IMG/VR virus record: IMGVR_UViG_3300040781_000350
Origin: a virus
Lineage: Duplodnaviria > Heunggongvirae > Uroviricota > Caudoviricetes
Length of the DNA: 64,000 bases
Reading direction: 5' to 3' (one strand)
Each line of letters opens with the position of its first letter. Position 1 is the stretch's first letter. This document shows, one piece after another, positions 20,627 through 30,742 of the stretch. The notes below the pieces were generated by a model, which saw only the letters and a list, made by a program, of their open reading frames with translations, ran no database searches and was not told where the DNA came from. Position numbers and translations under genes: made by a program.

Positions 20627-21124
20627 ATGTCACTCTTCAACGAGCAATATAATCAAATAATATCAGAAATTTTTGGTCCAAATGAAGCATTCCCACTAAA
20701 TTGGACTGAAAAATCTGATGACTTTTGGGAATGTAATTTTGAAACAAAAAAATCAGGACGATTTGAAGTAACTATTATCATGGAACTTCCCGGTAAATGG
20801 GAAATTATATTTGCTGCGATGAAATTTCATGGTGAAAATGAATATGGTGAAAATGAATATATACCACAGCTTGATCCAACTAATGCAAAGACCGGTGAAG
20901 AATTATTGATTTATGGTTCTGTTATAAATGCAGCTAGAGAGTTCATGACACAAATGCAACCACCAATGATATTTTTTACCAATGATAAAACTACATCACC
21001 TAAAAGAACAAAACTCTATCATGCACTTGCAAAAAAAATATCGACAGAATTCCCTAATTATAAACAGCAAGCTACGGGTCTTAGAAATGGTAAAGATGTG
21101 ATTGCATTTGTGAAGGTTAATTAA
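20627..21124 (+). CDS. hypothetical protein
   Basis: 165 aa ORF. Confidence 0.65.
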   Translation: MSLFNEQYNQIISEIFGPNEAFPLNWTEKSDDFWECNFETKKSGRFEVTIIMELPGKWEIIFAAMKFHGENEYGENEYIPQLDPTNAKTGEELLIYGSVINAAREFMTQMQPPMIFFTNDKTTSPKRTKLYHALAKKISTEFPNYKQQATGLRNGKDVIAFVKVN

Positions 21125-21134
21125 GTATTAACAA

Positions 21135-21710
21135 ATGAATTTCGAAAGTTACCACTACATCGACGAAGGTATTAAGGATCAACTTAAATCCGGTGCTATA
21201 ACTCTTGCTACAGCTACTGCATTAAATGCAGCTAACTTAGACCCTATTGAATTGTATAATCAGATCGCTGATCATGAAGGTGTTGTACAACAAGCTTACG
21301 TTGATTCAACAGGTCATAAAACGATTGGTATAGGGTTTAACTTGGATGATGCTTCAAATATTAAAAAGCTTGAAAAAATCGGAGTTTCAGTTGAGGATTT
21401 ACTTTCTGGTAAACAATTATCTGATAGCGAAATAAAAACATTGTATAATATTTCAATATCTCAAGCATACCGAGATGCAAAAACATTTTTACCGGATTTA
21501 GAGTCTCATCCTTCAGATGTTCAGAAAGCTGTCGTAGATATGTCGTTCAATCTAGGGTTGACTCGATTATTGAAGTTCAAACAAGTAAGACAAGCACTTT
21601 TTCAACGCAACTATCGTAAAGCTGCAGATGAAATGTTAAATTCATTGTGGGCAAAGCAAACAGGCCGAAGAGCACAAAAGCTAGCTAATATGGTACGTAA
21701 TGCTACTTAA
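21135..21710 (+). CDS. GH24 lysozyme (T4 e-like)
   Basis: HEG...AYVDSTGHKTIGIGFNL, DMSFNLG, EMLNSLWAKQTGRRA. Confidence 0.9.
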   Translation: MNFESYHYIDEGIKDQLKSGAITLATATALNAANLDPIELYNQIADHEGVVQQAYVDSTGHKTIGIGFNLDDASNIKKLEKIGVSVEDLLSGKQLSDSEIKTLYNISISQAYRDAKTFLPDLESHPSDVQKAVVDMSFNLGLTRLLKFKQVRQALFQRNYRKAADEMLNSLWAKQTGRRAQKLANMVRNAT

Positions 21711-22069
21711 GTAGCTTGATAAAAGGAATGTATATCTTTATCTTCATCGTATAGAACAAAGATATCGTGGTATTTGAAGTTGTCACCATTCATTTCTACC
21801 TGTCTACCAAACTCTGACATACTTCCGAAGATGGTATTAACAAGGTCCTCATCAATGCAGGTACCTATTAGCTCCATTTCTTCATCACTCGGCAACATAA
21901 AATGAGCTGCTTTTGGGTTAGGTGTAAGATTACCAAAGCTTCCTGCTCGTGCAGGTGTTTTAATCATCGTATTGTTTGGTGAATCATCTTTTGCATTTAC
22001 TCTACGCTGGATAGCAATAGGTGCATTAAAATCCTCAAGTAGGTCTGTTACTAAAGAGTTGAATTTCAT
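21707..22069 (-). CDS. hypothetical protein
   Basis: 120 aa ORF with TAAGTA upstream. Confidence 0.55.
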   Translation of the reverse strand: MKFNSLVTDLLEDFNAPIAIQRRVNAKDDSPNNTMIKTPARAGSFGNLTPNPKAAHFMLPSDEEMELIGTCIDEDLVNTIFGSMSEFGRQVEMNGDNFKYHDIFVLYDEDKDIHSFYQAT

Positions 22070-22087
22070 ATAAATACTTATACAATT

Positions 22088-22450
22088 ATGTTAATGAAAA
22101 AAACTCAAAAGCTTCAATGTGTTGTAACAGGTAAAGATAGTATATTCTCAGGAGACTACTTACTTAAAAAAATAAAAGAACACGGGAGCTTAGAAAAACT
22201 TGAAAAAAATTATATTTGTAAAGATGTAAAATCGTTAATCAAACGAGGCTACAACATTGAACAAATAAGAAACGCTCTTAATGTATCTGAAAATGTCGAT
22301 TACCCTTCTGATGATGTGATCAAAACGATAGAAGAAATGCATAAAACAAATTCGTTTAAGCTCCCTACAATTAACAATAATTTGACAGGATTTACACATA
22401 ATAAATCAGACCCTGAGGTTGATTCTTTCATGAGTTTACTATATAATTAA
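22088..22450 (+). CDS. hypothetical protein
   Basis: 120 aa ORF. Confidence 0.6.
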   Translation: MLMKKTQKLQCVVTGKDSIFSGDYLLKKIKEHGSLEKLEKNYICKDVKSLIKRGYNIEQIRNALNVSENVDYPSDDVIKTIEEMHKTNSFKLPTINNNLTGFTHNKSDPEVDSFMSLLYN

Positions 22451-22453
22451 AAC

Positions 22454-22684
22454 ATGAACGGACAAATATTAGTACCAAGAATAGTAGGTGATAAACTTAA
22501 CTTTTATAACGCAACAGCTGGTGGCATGGTAAGATCAGTTAGCTTACCAGCTGGAGGTACATATGATGGACCTATTGTTTCAGGAGATGTAGTTGCAGTT
22601 ACGGTTACAAGACCATCAACACGTCCTACAATTTATACATACAAGCTATCAACTGGTACATTAATCGGAGCTAACTCTATCTAA
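22454..22684 (+). CDS. hypothetical protein
   Basis: 76 aa ORF. Confidence 0.55.
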   Translation: MNGQILVPRIVGDKLNFYNATAGGMVRSVSLPAGGTYDGPIVSGDVVAVTVTRPSTRPTIYTYKLSTGTLIGANSI

Positions 22685-23199
22685 TGATTGATATCGGACT
22701 AGTAGATGAGCAGGTAAATTTAAACGATTTCCTTGATAAAGATGAACTAAATTATAACGTACCATGTATATTTTTCGGGTTTGTAATTAAGAATGAATAT
22801 GATAACAAACGGTTATGCATACAGCCAAAATACGCACCGAAAAAAATCATCCATAAGTATAAAGATGCGGATGGTGTAGTGCACATGTTACCACTTTATG
22901 GTTGTATATTGCCTGTATCGGGTCAGTACAAACAACTGAGTACAATACTAATACAACAACAAGCTGATATTACAATTTCAACCTACAAAAATATACTTGA
23001 ACAATTTGATTTATCGTGTGATGATTGTTATTTACACTATGCTGTTGGGACATATCCAGTAGACCTTGCTCATTTTAAACGGTTGACTAACAATGAAATA
23101 TCAAAGGATAAGAAGATATTTCAGCACATTCTTGGCATGGAGGATGATGAATTTGACTTCCAAAAAATGGGGTCTCTCGAGTTGTTCATACTTACGTAA
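22684..23199 (+). CDS. hypothetical protein
   Basis: 171 aa ORF coupled to the previous stop. Confidence 0.6.
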   Translation: MIDIGLVDEQVNLNDFLDKDELNYNVPCIFFGFVIKNEYDNKRLCIQPKYAPKKIIHKYKDADGVVHMLPLYGCILPVSGQYKQLSTILIQQQADITISTYKNILEQFDLSCDDCYLHYAVGTYPVDLAHFKRLTNNEISKDKKIFQHILGMEDDEFDFQKMGSLELFILT

Positions 23200-23273
23200 A
23201 CTGTTAACTCTTAATAGTTTATAAAAAGTTTACGCAAAAACGTAGGAAATAAAAATCCAACTTAAATAATATT

Positions 23274-26200
23274 ATGTCAATTAAAGCCTTATCAGATTAT
23301 ACAGTATACGCGAAGTATGCAAAATATATTCCAGAACAAAAACGCCGTGAAACATGGAAAGAGCAAGTCGACCGTGTTTTTGAAATGCATGAGCATAAAT
23401 ACCAGCTACAGTTAGCATCAAATTCAGAGTTCAAAGAGTTATTTTATCAAGCAAAACAAGCTGTGATGAAAAAACAGGTGCTCGGATCTCAACGAGCATT
23501 GCAATTTGGTGGACCGAGTATTGAACGCCATAATGACAAGATGTACAACTGTTTTTCAGGAGATACTAAACTGATAACATCAACAGGAGTAATGCAATTT
23601 GATGATTACACCCCTGGTGATCAAATTTCAGTTCTAACACATAATGGTCGATGGAAATCAGCTGTTGTAAATCAATATGGTAAACAGCAACTTTATAAAT
23701 TAACCTTTAAAAACGGTCAAAATATACATACAGTCAAATGTACACGTGATCATAAATGGATTTTAAAAAATGGTAATGAAACTACGAATATCAATATAGG
23801 TGATAAAATATTAACATCTAAGACGACATTTACGTTCGATTACGATAATGCAACACCGATTGAAAGGTTATACTGGTGTTATGGTTATGTGTTTGGTGAT
23901 GGAACAACTGTTAAAACAGATAGCGGAACATATTCATCTGCAAGATTATGCGGCGATGATGCAAAATATGAATATAGATTTACAGAACAAGGATTTAAAT
24001 CATCATCTTCAGCGTCATTAAATGGTGATGTAATAGTATATACAGGTAAATATGATAAGACAGCACCAGATCCGAAAAGAGATTCTATCGAATTAATACA
24101 AGCATTTACAAGAGGTTATCTTGACGCTGATGGATCAAAAAGTAGTAACGTTAGGAAGGGGGATATGACAAAACCTAACCCGTTTAATATGATTTCTGCT
24201 GAAGATTTCGAACATCAACAGTTTATCGAAACATGTTTTCCTATTGCTGGTGTGTTTATCAAAAAAGTATATGATAAAACAGGTACAAAAACAAACTTAG
24301 GTACTATCAAAAACGGTAAAACATATTCTATACAAACAACTTTTGACAGAGAAAACAAACATGCAAAGTCATTTAAATTGATTGATATAGAAAAATTACA
24401 CATTGATAATGTGTGGTGTGTAAGTGTTGAAGATGATAAATCATTTACTATGCCAAATGGTATGGTTACCGGTAATTGCGCAACAACATACATCGATAGA
24501 CATACCGTCTTCGGTGAGATTATGTATATGTTACTATGCGGTTGTGGTGTCGGGTTCAGTGTTCAGTATAAGCATATTAACCAACTACCTAAGATACAAA
24601 AACGTAATGGTAATACCGAAAAATTTATTATTGATGACTCAATTGAAGGTTGGGCTGATAGTATCAGTGCATTAGTGAACTCATATTTTGTATCAAAAGG
24701 TAAATTTAGTGCGTTCAATGGTAAGAAAATCGAATTTGATTACTCGCTTATCAGACCAGAAGGTGCGTTTATATCTGGCGGCTTTAAAGCACCTGGACCA
24801 AACGGTCTTAGAAAAGCTCATGAAAAGATTGCTGCTATTATTGAAAAAAGACTTTCAGAAAACAGTAATAAACTCAAACCAATTAATGCTTATGATATAA
24901 TCATGCATACTGCAGATGCTGTCCTTAGTGGTGGTGTTAGAAGAAGTGCAACAGCTTGTGTATTTTCTTATGATGATAAAGAAATGATCACAGCTAAGAC
25001 AGGTAATTGGTTCTACGATAACCCTCAACGTGGCCGTAGTAACAACAGTGCTCTTCTCATAAGAAATAAGACAACGTTTGAACAATTCCAAGAAATAATG
25101 ATCTCTGTTAAGGAATGTGGTGAGCCAGGCTTTGTTTTTGCTGATAATGAAGATATTGTTTTTAATCCATGCTTTGAAATCGGTATGAGACCAAAACTTA
25201 ACGACGGCAGAAGTGGGGTACAGTACTGTAATCTTACAGAAACAAACGGAAAGAAATGTACTACTAAGGAAGAGTTCTTTCATGCATCAGAAATGGCAGC
25301 TATCCTTGGTACCTTACAAGCAGGCTATACAGATTTCAAGTATCTCGGTGAAGTTACTGAAAAAATTGTAAGACATGAAGCATTACTCGGTTGTTCTATC
25401 ACAGGCATGATGGATAACCCTGATATATTGTTCAGTCCTGCAAACCAACGTAAAGCTGCTGAAATTATCAAGGATACTAACAGAAAAGTTGCAAAAATGA
25501 TTGGTATCAACCCTGCAGCAAGAACAACATGCTGTAAACCAGCTGGTACTACGAGTTGTGTACTTGGGACAGCTAGTGGTATTCACCCTCACCATGCAAA
25601 ACGTTATATCCGTCGTGTTCAAGCCAATCGCCTTGAATTTCCACTGAGAAAATTCACAGAAGTTAATCCACTAGCAGTAAATGAGTCTGTTTGGAGCGAA
25701 AACAAGACAGATATGGTAATTAGCTTCCTTTGCGAGGTGCCAGCCGGTGCTGTAACAAAGAATATGATGTCTGCTTTGGATCTTCTTGATAAAGTTAAGA
25801 CAACACAGCAAAATTGGGTAGAATATGGTACAAATAAAGAGTTATGCATTGATAATACACTAAGGCACAATGTATCAAACACAATAACCGTACAACCAGA
25901 TGAATGGGACCAAGTAACAAAGTATATTTACAGAAATCGCCAGTGGTTTGCAGCTATTTCATTGCTTCCAGCTAGTGGGGATAAAGATTATCCACAAGCA
26001 CCGTTCACAACAGTGCACACACCTATTGAAATGGCAAAAGAATATGGTGATGCATCTGTTCTTGCATCAGGTGTAATTGTAGATGGGCTAAAGGCGTTCG
26101 ATGACTTATGGCCGGCATGTGATGCAGCACTTGGAAAAGGAGCACCACTACCAGAATTGCCAAAAGAGCCGAAATATCCAACAAAACGCGATAATAAAGA

Positions 26201-26480
26201 CCTTGCTCAGTATTTCAATGATAAGGAAGCATATGAAACTATTCTTCTCAAGCATGATTGGGTACGTAGAGCAAGACAATTTGCTGATCGATACCTTGAT
26301 GGCGATGTTCAGAAGATGACTTACTGTTTGAAGGATGTTAATAACTGGAAGACATGGTGTGATCTACGTAGAGAATATAAGGAAGTTGATTGGTCAACAG
26401 TTGTTGAAGATGAACCGTTCTACATTGATATCAATACCACTGCTGCGCAAGCTTGTCAGGGTGGTAAATGTGAATTATAA
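23274..26480 (+). CDS. nrdJ: class II adenosylcobalamin-dependent ribonucleotide reductase (monomeric RTPR type), intein-containing
   Basis: YAKYA, NPQRGRSNNS, NPCFEI, CNLTE, KPAGT, C-terminal CQGGKCEL. Confidence 0.92.
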   Translation: MSIKALSDYTVYAKYAKYIPEQKRRETWKEQVDRVFEMHEHKYQLQLASNSEFKELFYQAKQAVMKKQVLGSQRALQFGGPSIERHNDKMYNCFSGDTKLITSTGVMQFDDYTPGDQISVLTHNGRWKSAVVNQYGKQQLYKLTFKNGQNIHTVKCTRDHKWILKNGNETTNINIGDKILTSKTTFTFDYDNATPIERLYWCYGYVFGDGTTVKTDSGTYSSARLCGDDAKYEYRFTEQGFKSSSSASLNGDVIVYTGKYDKTAPDPKRDSIELIQAFTRGYLDADGSKSSNVRKGDMTKPNPFNMISAEDFEHQQFIETCFPIAGVFIKKVYDKTGTKTNLGTIKNGKTYSIQTTFDRENKHAKSFKLIDIEKLHIDNVWCVSVEDDKSFTMPNGMVTGNCATTYIDRHTVFGEIMYMLLCGCGVGFSVQYKHINQLPKIQKRNGNTEKFIIDDSIEGWADSISALVNSYFVSKGKFSAFNGKKIEFDYSLIRPEGAFISGGFKAPGPNGLRKAHEKIAAIIEKRLSENSNKLKPINAYDIIMHTADAVLSGGVRRSATACVFSYDDKEMITAKTGNWFYDNPQRGRSNNSALLIRNKTTFEQFQEIMISVKECGEPGFVFADNEDIVFNPCFEIGMRPKLNDGRSGVQYCNLTETNGKKCTTKEEFFHASEMAAILGTLQAGYTDFKYLGEVTEKIVRHEALLGCSITGMMDNPDILFSPANQRKAAEIIKDTNRKVAKMIGINPAARTTCCKPAGTTSCVLGTASGIHPHHAKRYIRRVQANRLEFPLRKFTEVNPLAVNESVWSENKTDMVISFLCEVPAGAVTKNMMSALDLLDKVKTTQQNWVEYGTNKELCIDNTLRHNVSNTITVQPDEWDQVTKYIYRNRQWFAAISLLPASGDKDYPQAPFTTVHTPIEMAKEYGDASVLASGVIVDGLKAFDDLWPACDAALGKGAPLPELPKEPKYPTKRDNKDLAQYFNDKEAYETILLKHDWVRRARQFADRYLDGDVQKMTYCLKDVNNWKTWCDLRREYKEVDWSTVVEDEPFYIDINTTAAQACQGGKCEL
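23550..24476 (+). mobile_element. intein (309 aa) with LAGLIDADG homing endonuclease in nrdJ
   Basis: starts CFSGDT after YN, ends MVTGN before C; internal YGYVFGDG and RGYLDADG motifs. Confidence 0.92.
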
Positions 26481-26503
26481 ACGGAACATCTATAATATTC
26501 AGT

Positions 26504-27064
26504 ATGAAATATGCTAATTTATACACCGCTAAAGGTGATACTGGTATGACCGACCTTTGGTCTGGTGGAAGAGTATTGAAAAATCATTTCCGTATTAAAG
26601 CGGTTGGTAAAATTGATACATTCCATGCAACTCTTGGTCTTTGTCATCAATATGAGCCTTCTTCGGATCATTATACAATACTCAAAGAGTTTTTACATAA
26701 AGTACAGACAGATCTTACCAAAATTATGGGTGTAATTGCTAGTGAAACTATCAAAGATGGTTTTGTTGTTGAGTTTGATGTGATGAATCAGTTTTTATAT
26801 AAACACATTGTTAAATATGCTGAATGGCTTGATGATCAATCAATAAAACAACAGGGTTGGAAGATGTATGGTGAAGGAGGAGCAGCCGCTGCTCAGTATG
26901 ATTACACAACCACTATTTGCCGTGAAGTTGAGATCATGATTTATGATCTGGAAAATGTTTACGGAATGACTATCAGTGATGGAATGAAACAGTATTTCAA
27001 TATGTTGAGTAAAGTCCTATATCTCATTGCACGCATATATGAACATCAGGATGATATTAAATAA
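26504..27064 (+). CDS. pduO: cob(I)alamin adenosyltransferase, PduO type
   Basis: LYTAKGDTGMT, RIKAVGKID, ICREVE, YFNMLSKVLYLIAR. Confidence 0.8.
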   Translation: MKYANLYTAKGDTGMTDLWSGGRVLKNHFRIKAVGKIDTFHATLGLCHQYEPSSDHYTILKEFLHKVQTDLTKIMGVIASETIKDGFVVEFDVMNQFLYKHIVKYAEWLDDQSIKQQGWKMYGEGGAAAAQYDYTTTICREVEIMIYDLENVYGMTISDGMKQYFNMLSKVLYLIARIYEHQDDIK

Positions 27065-27068
27065 TATT

Positions 27069-27338
27069 ATGGGTAATGATGATTGTTTAATTTTTGAAGC
27101 GTATAAAGGTTCTGATTTGATTACAGAGCAGTATAATGAATGGTGGGATGCAAAGATGCAAATTGATGAACTCAAACCCGGGTATTATATTGGGTATCAA
27201 TCAGGTAGTGTTATCAAAATAAATGAAAAAGAATATAAAGCAGGTGATACCGTCCGTGGAATGAATTTTCCATTCGTTTTGAGAGTTCAACGAAATGGAA
27301 AAGTATTTAAGCATTATATCCCGAATGAACGTGGTTGA
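27069..27338 (+). CDS. hypothetical protein
   Basis: ATG 27069. Confidence 0.55.
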   Translation: MGNDDCLIFEAYKGSDLITEQYNEWWDAKMQIDELKPGYYIGYQSGSVIKINEKEYKAGDTVRGMNFPFVLRVQRNGKVFKHYIPNERG

Positions 27339-27368
27339 ATTATTATTTTCGTATGATATAATCATCGA

Positions 27369-27917
27369 ATGATCAAATATAAAAGTGATATTTTCGGTGC
27401 AACGGTTTATCCAGATGAAAAAATAATTGCGTTTTGGGGAGGAATCTTAAGTCAATGGGCACCATGTATGTTTACATGTGAAAAATATCTGCCTGGTATT
27501 GAATTAAATTCTGCTGAACAAGGTATGATGCTTTTAAAAGCAAAAGAGTTCAATGACACTGAAATATTTGATGCAATATTGAAATCGAACGATCCAAGAG
27601 AACAAAAAGCTCTTGGTCGTAAAGTATCTGGGTTTGTACCAGAACAGTGGGATAAGGTTTGTGTAGATTATGTAACAGCTATTAACATTGATAAGTTTGA
27701 ACAAAACTATGCATGGAAAGAAGCTTTGAAACTTGTGCCAGATTTTACATTCGTTGAAGCATCGCCTTATGATCGCGTTTGGGGCGTTGGTTTAGGTGAA
27801 GATAATCCCGATGTAGTTGATCCATCTAAATGGGATGGTAAAAATTATCTTGGTATTGCTATCATGAGAGCTCGTGATGCTATCATTGAAAGATCTGCAA
27901 TTAATAATCATGAATAG
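27369..27917 (+). CDS. NADAR family protein (YbiA-like)
   Basis: LSQW, SAEQGMMLLKA..F, KALGRKV, KFEQN, EASPYDRVWGVG, GKNYLG. Confidence 0.9.
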   Translation: MIKYKSDIFGATVYPDEKIIAFWGGILSQWAPCMFTCEKYLPGIELNSAEQGMMLLKAKEFNDTEIFDAILKSNDPREQKALGRKVSGFVPEQWDKVCVDYVTAINIDKFEQNYAWKEALKLVPDFTFVEASPYDRVWGVGLGEDNPDVVDPSKWDGKNYLGIAIMRARDAIIERSAINNHE

Positions 27918-28110
27918 ACGCACATTTTTCAAAAATCTGATTGTCAGTTCTATAGCAGTTGCAGCAGCTCCAGCAATTGTTGCTAAAACACTAACACCTG
28001 TATATGAACCGTATAATGTTGAACAGAGATTAGCAGATATACTATCAAAAGAAATCCAAGATGAAATAGATAAAGAAATGATTAATCGTATGGCTGGGTT
28101 GATAAATTAA
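27910..28110 (+). CDS. small protein with twin-arginine-like signal and gp23-like helix
   Basis: MNRRTFFK...AAAPA N-terminus; C-terminal LADILSKEIQDEIDKEM. Confidence 0.6.
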   Translation: MNRRTFFKNLIVSSIAVAAAPAIVAKTLTPVYEPYNVEQRLADILSKEIQDEIDKEMINRMAGLIN

Positions 28111-28175
28111 GTTCATTGTATAAATATTTTTAGAAATCGCCAGTAGTGGCGCTCGTCCGAAAGGAAGTAAATAAT

Positions 28176-28991
28176 ATGAATAAACAAAAATACGCTGTTA
28201 CCGTCCAAGTTAACGGCAAAAAAGTGAAGGAATACACGAAAGACGGTCGTGTATATATCGAAGGAAGAGATGGTACACCTTACACAATTAAGGTTGGTAA
28301 CAGTTCTGGTAAACGGGTCAAAGCAGTTATAACTGTAGATGGTTTCTCTATCATAAATGACGATAAAAAAGATTATCACACTGGTTATATCATAAATCCA
28401 TATAGTAGCATCACCGTTAATGGTTTCAGAACCAGTAATGAGACAGAAGCACAATTTGTGTTCTCGACAAAAGGTGATAGCCGTGCTCAAAAAGTACAAG
28501 GCTATGCAAAGGATTGTGGTGTCATAGGTGTTCGTATTTATCCTGAGAAGGTTAAACCAGAACAGTATATTAGGGAGTTTCTCGAATCAGCACCTAGAAA
28601 ATCATTCCCAGGTCCTCTATACAGCAAATCAATCGATTACGAAAATACAAGCTGGAGCAATCCAAATGATTCATTCCCTGTAACAATGGATTTCATGGAA
28701 AATGAAACATTAAATAGCTTACCCTCACCAGGTGTTAGTATTAAGGAAACCGATTATTCATTGTACTCAGCAAGTGTTGCTGCACCATCGTTTGATCTTG
28801 GTAGTGAAATGGGTAAAGATGTTCAATCACCAGTTAAAATTGTTGAATTTGAATCTGATACGCTCGATACACAAATTGATATCTATTATGCATCACGCAA
28901 CTCGCTTAAAACAGCAGGTATTGATTTTAAGCCAGCGAAACAGTTGCATATCCCGCAATCATTCGGAGGTTATTGTAAGAGACCGAAATAG
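28176..28991 (+). CDS. conserved hypothetical protein
   Basis: YTIKVGNSSGKRVKAVITVDG...GYII...GVIGVRIYPE pattern; ATG 28176. Confidence 0.7.
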   Translation: MNKQKYAVTVQVNGKKVKEYTKDGRVYIEGRDGTPYTIKVGNSSGKRVKAVITVDGFSIINDDKKDYHTGYIINPYSSITVNGFRTSNETEAQFVFSTKGDSRAQKVQGYAKDCGVIGVRIYPEKVKPEQYIREFLESAPRKSFPGPLYSKSIDYENTSWSNPNDSFPVTMDFMENETLNSLPSPGVSIKETDYSLYSASVAAPSFDLGSEMGKDVQSPVKIVEFESDTLDTQIDIYYASRNSLKTAGIDFKPAKQLHIPQSFGGYCKRPK

Positions 28992-29082
28992 GAACAAATA
29001 GAAAATAAACATTTCAAATACCTATTCGTAATTGGATAGGTATTTTTTTGGAGACGGAACAACACTATACTAGACATACATT

Positions 29083-29688
29083 ATGAAAAAGACACGATAC
29101 TACTGCAAGCCAAGCGATGACGTTTGCTTGTTACTTACTCAAGCATGGACACCACTTGGCGTGACATCTGCTAGAGAAGCGTTTCATAAATTGATCAGAC
29201 AAGCACATAAAGCTAACCCATCTGTTAAAGCAATTGATGCAAATGGTAACATGCTAATGTATGATGAATGGATCAAACAAGGAGAATACTTTGATAATCA
29301 TCCATTCATGCGTGGTGTCAACCAAGATTACCCAGTTCCAACAGTTCTTGTAACATCCGATTCGTTTTTCTATCGCACAAGTAATCCAAAGGTTACTCTT
29401 CGTATGCTTTACAAGCACTACAATGGTAAGTGCCGTATTTGTGGTAAGAAGAAGCCAATGAGTGAAATGAGTAAAGAACACATCAAACCAAGAAGTAAAG
29501 GTGGTGGTAACGGTCCTGATAATTTAACACTAACATGTCGTGATTGTAACTCTAAGAAAGGTGATTTATTTCCATATCTTGTAGATGGCAAGCCATTGGA
29601 GCCAGTTGCTGTAGTTCAGGAAAAGATTCGTATGCGTCGTCCAGAATGGCGCGATATTGTCAAGAAAGAACAACAATCTGAAGATTAA
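29083..29688 (+). CDS. HNH endonuclease (McrA-like)
   Basis: CRICG...EHIKPRSKGGGNGPDNLTLTCRDCNSKKG. Confidence 0.88.
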   Translation: MKKTRYYCKPSDDVCLLLTQAWTPLGVTSAREAFHKLIRQAHKANPSVKAIDANGNMLMYDEWIKQGEYFDNHPFMRGVNQDYPVPTVLVTSDSFFYRTSNPKVTLRMLYKHYNGKCRICGKKKPMSEMSKEHIKPRSKGGGNGPDNLTLTCRDCNSKKGDLFPYLVDGKPLEPVAVVQEKIRMRRPEWRDIVKKEQQSED

Positions 29689-29707
29689 TAGATATTGGTC
29701 AACAGAT

Positions 29708-29966
29708 ATGTTTTTCAAAGCCTGCTCCTCTTGAAAAGGACTCAAGAGGAGCAGTTATTGCTATCGGTAAAAACGTCGCATACAACTATCAAGGTAGTGT
29801 AACGGTCGGAACGATCAAAGAAATCAAACGTAATAAGTGGAAAAAATGTAGACCTGGTTTCGAAGGACAACATTGGTATCAATTAAAATTTGTGATGACA
29901 GTTGATCATGAATCAGGTGAATTCACATCAACAATTAAAAATCCGAATAGTTTCATTATCATTTGA
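29708..29966 (+). pseudogene. hypothetical protein with +1 frameshift in a T5 run (or sequencing error)
   Basis: removing one T after ATG 29708 gives MFSKPAPLEKDSRGAVIAIGKNVAY...FIII*. Confidence 0.5.
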
Positions 29967-29983
29967 TAACTAATTTAAATTTT

Positions 29984-30217
29984 ATGCAAGAATTAAAACA
30001 ATTTGTAGAAGAAGGTGGTAATGTTGTAGAGTGTGAGCCTAGAACATATTATTATGATACTGGTTATTCATACTCATTTTCAAAACCTGGTGATGATGGG
30101 TGTATCGTAATGGTTAACTCTATAGGCGACGCTATTAAAAAATACAATTTAAAATACATTAAGTCATATACAATTAAACAGCCTCAACCTAGTGATGGTG
30201 AATTAACGGAACAATGA
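29984..30217 (+). CDS. hypothetical protein
   Basis: ATG 29984. Confidence 0.55.
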   Translation: MQELKQFVEEGGNVVECEPRTYYYDTGYSYSFSKPGDDGCIVMVNSIGDAIKKYNLKYIKSYTIKQPQPSDGELTEQ

Positions 30218-30229
30218 TATCATATTAGT

Positions 30230-30742
30230 ATGAAAAAGGTTATTTATTACCAAGGTATTCGAAGAGAAGGTGCATGGGACAGCACTGAGCACTTTAACTC
30301 TAAAGTTGACGGGCTTGAAAAGGCCGGTTATGTTGTAGAGCGTGTACCATCTTGCAGAGATTATGATCTATCTCTTAGAAAGTTTCTAGACATTACACCA
30401 ACTACAGATGTCGAAATGATTGTTGGTTGTTCTCTTGGTGGTTTTTGGGCAAATAAACTTGCATGCAAATATAACATTCCTGTTTTGCTGATTAACCCGC
30501 AATTGCTACCGCTTTATTATACCATGGATGAGCGCGCAATTGATACAAAACAAATCGAACGTACATTCTTTCTTGCAAAAGATGATGATATTCTAGATTA
30601 TAGACTCACACAACATTTTATTGAAACCAACAGTATCAATGGTGATGTGCGTGTTTTTGATTATGGTCAACACCATTTTGGTTCTGAGAAATGTGTTAAT
30701 GAAATTGTTGAGTACATAAATAACTATGTACCATGCGATTAA
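30230..30742 (+). CDS. alpha/beta hydrolase (YqiA-like esterase)
   Basis: IVGCSLGGFWA nucleophile motif, LLINP, DDILDY, GQHHF. Confidence 0.8.
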   Translation: MKKVIYYQGIRREGAWDSTEHFNSKVDGLEKAGYVVERVPSCRDYDLSLRKFLDITPTTDVEMIVGCSLGGFWANKLACKYNIPVLLINPQLLPLYYTMDERAIDTKQIERTFFLAKDDDILDYRLTQHFIETNSINGDVRVFDYGQHHFGSEKCVNEIVEYINNYVPCD

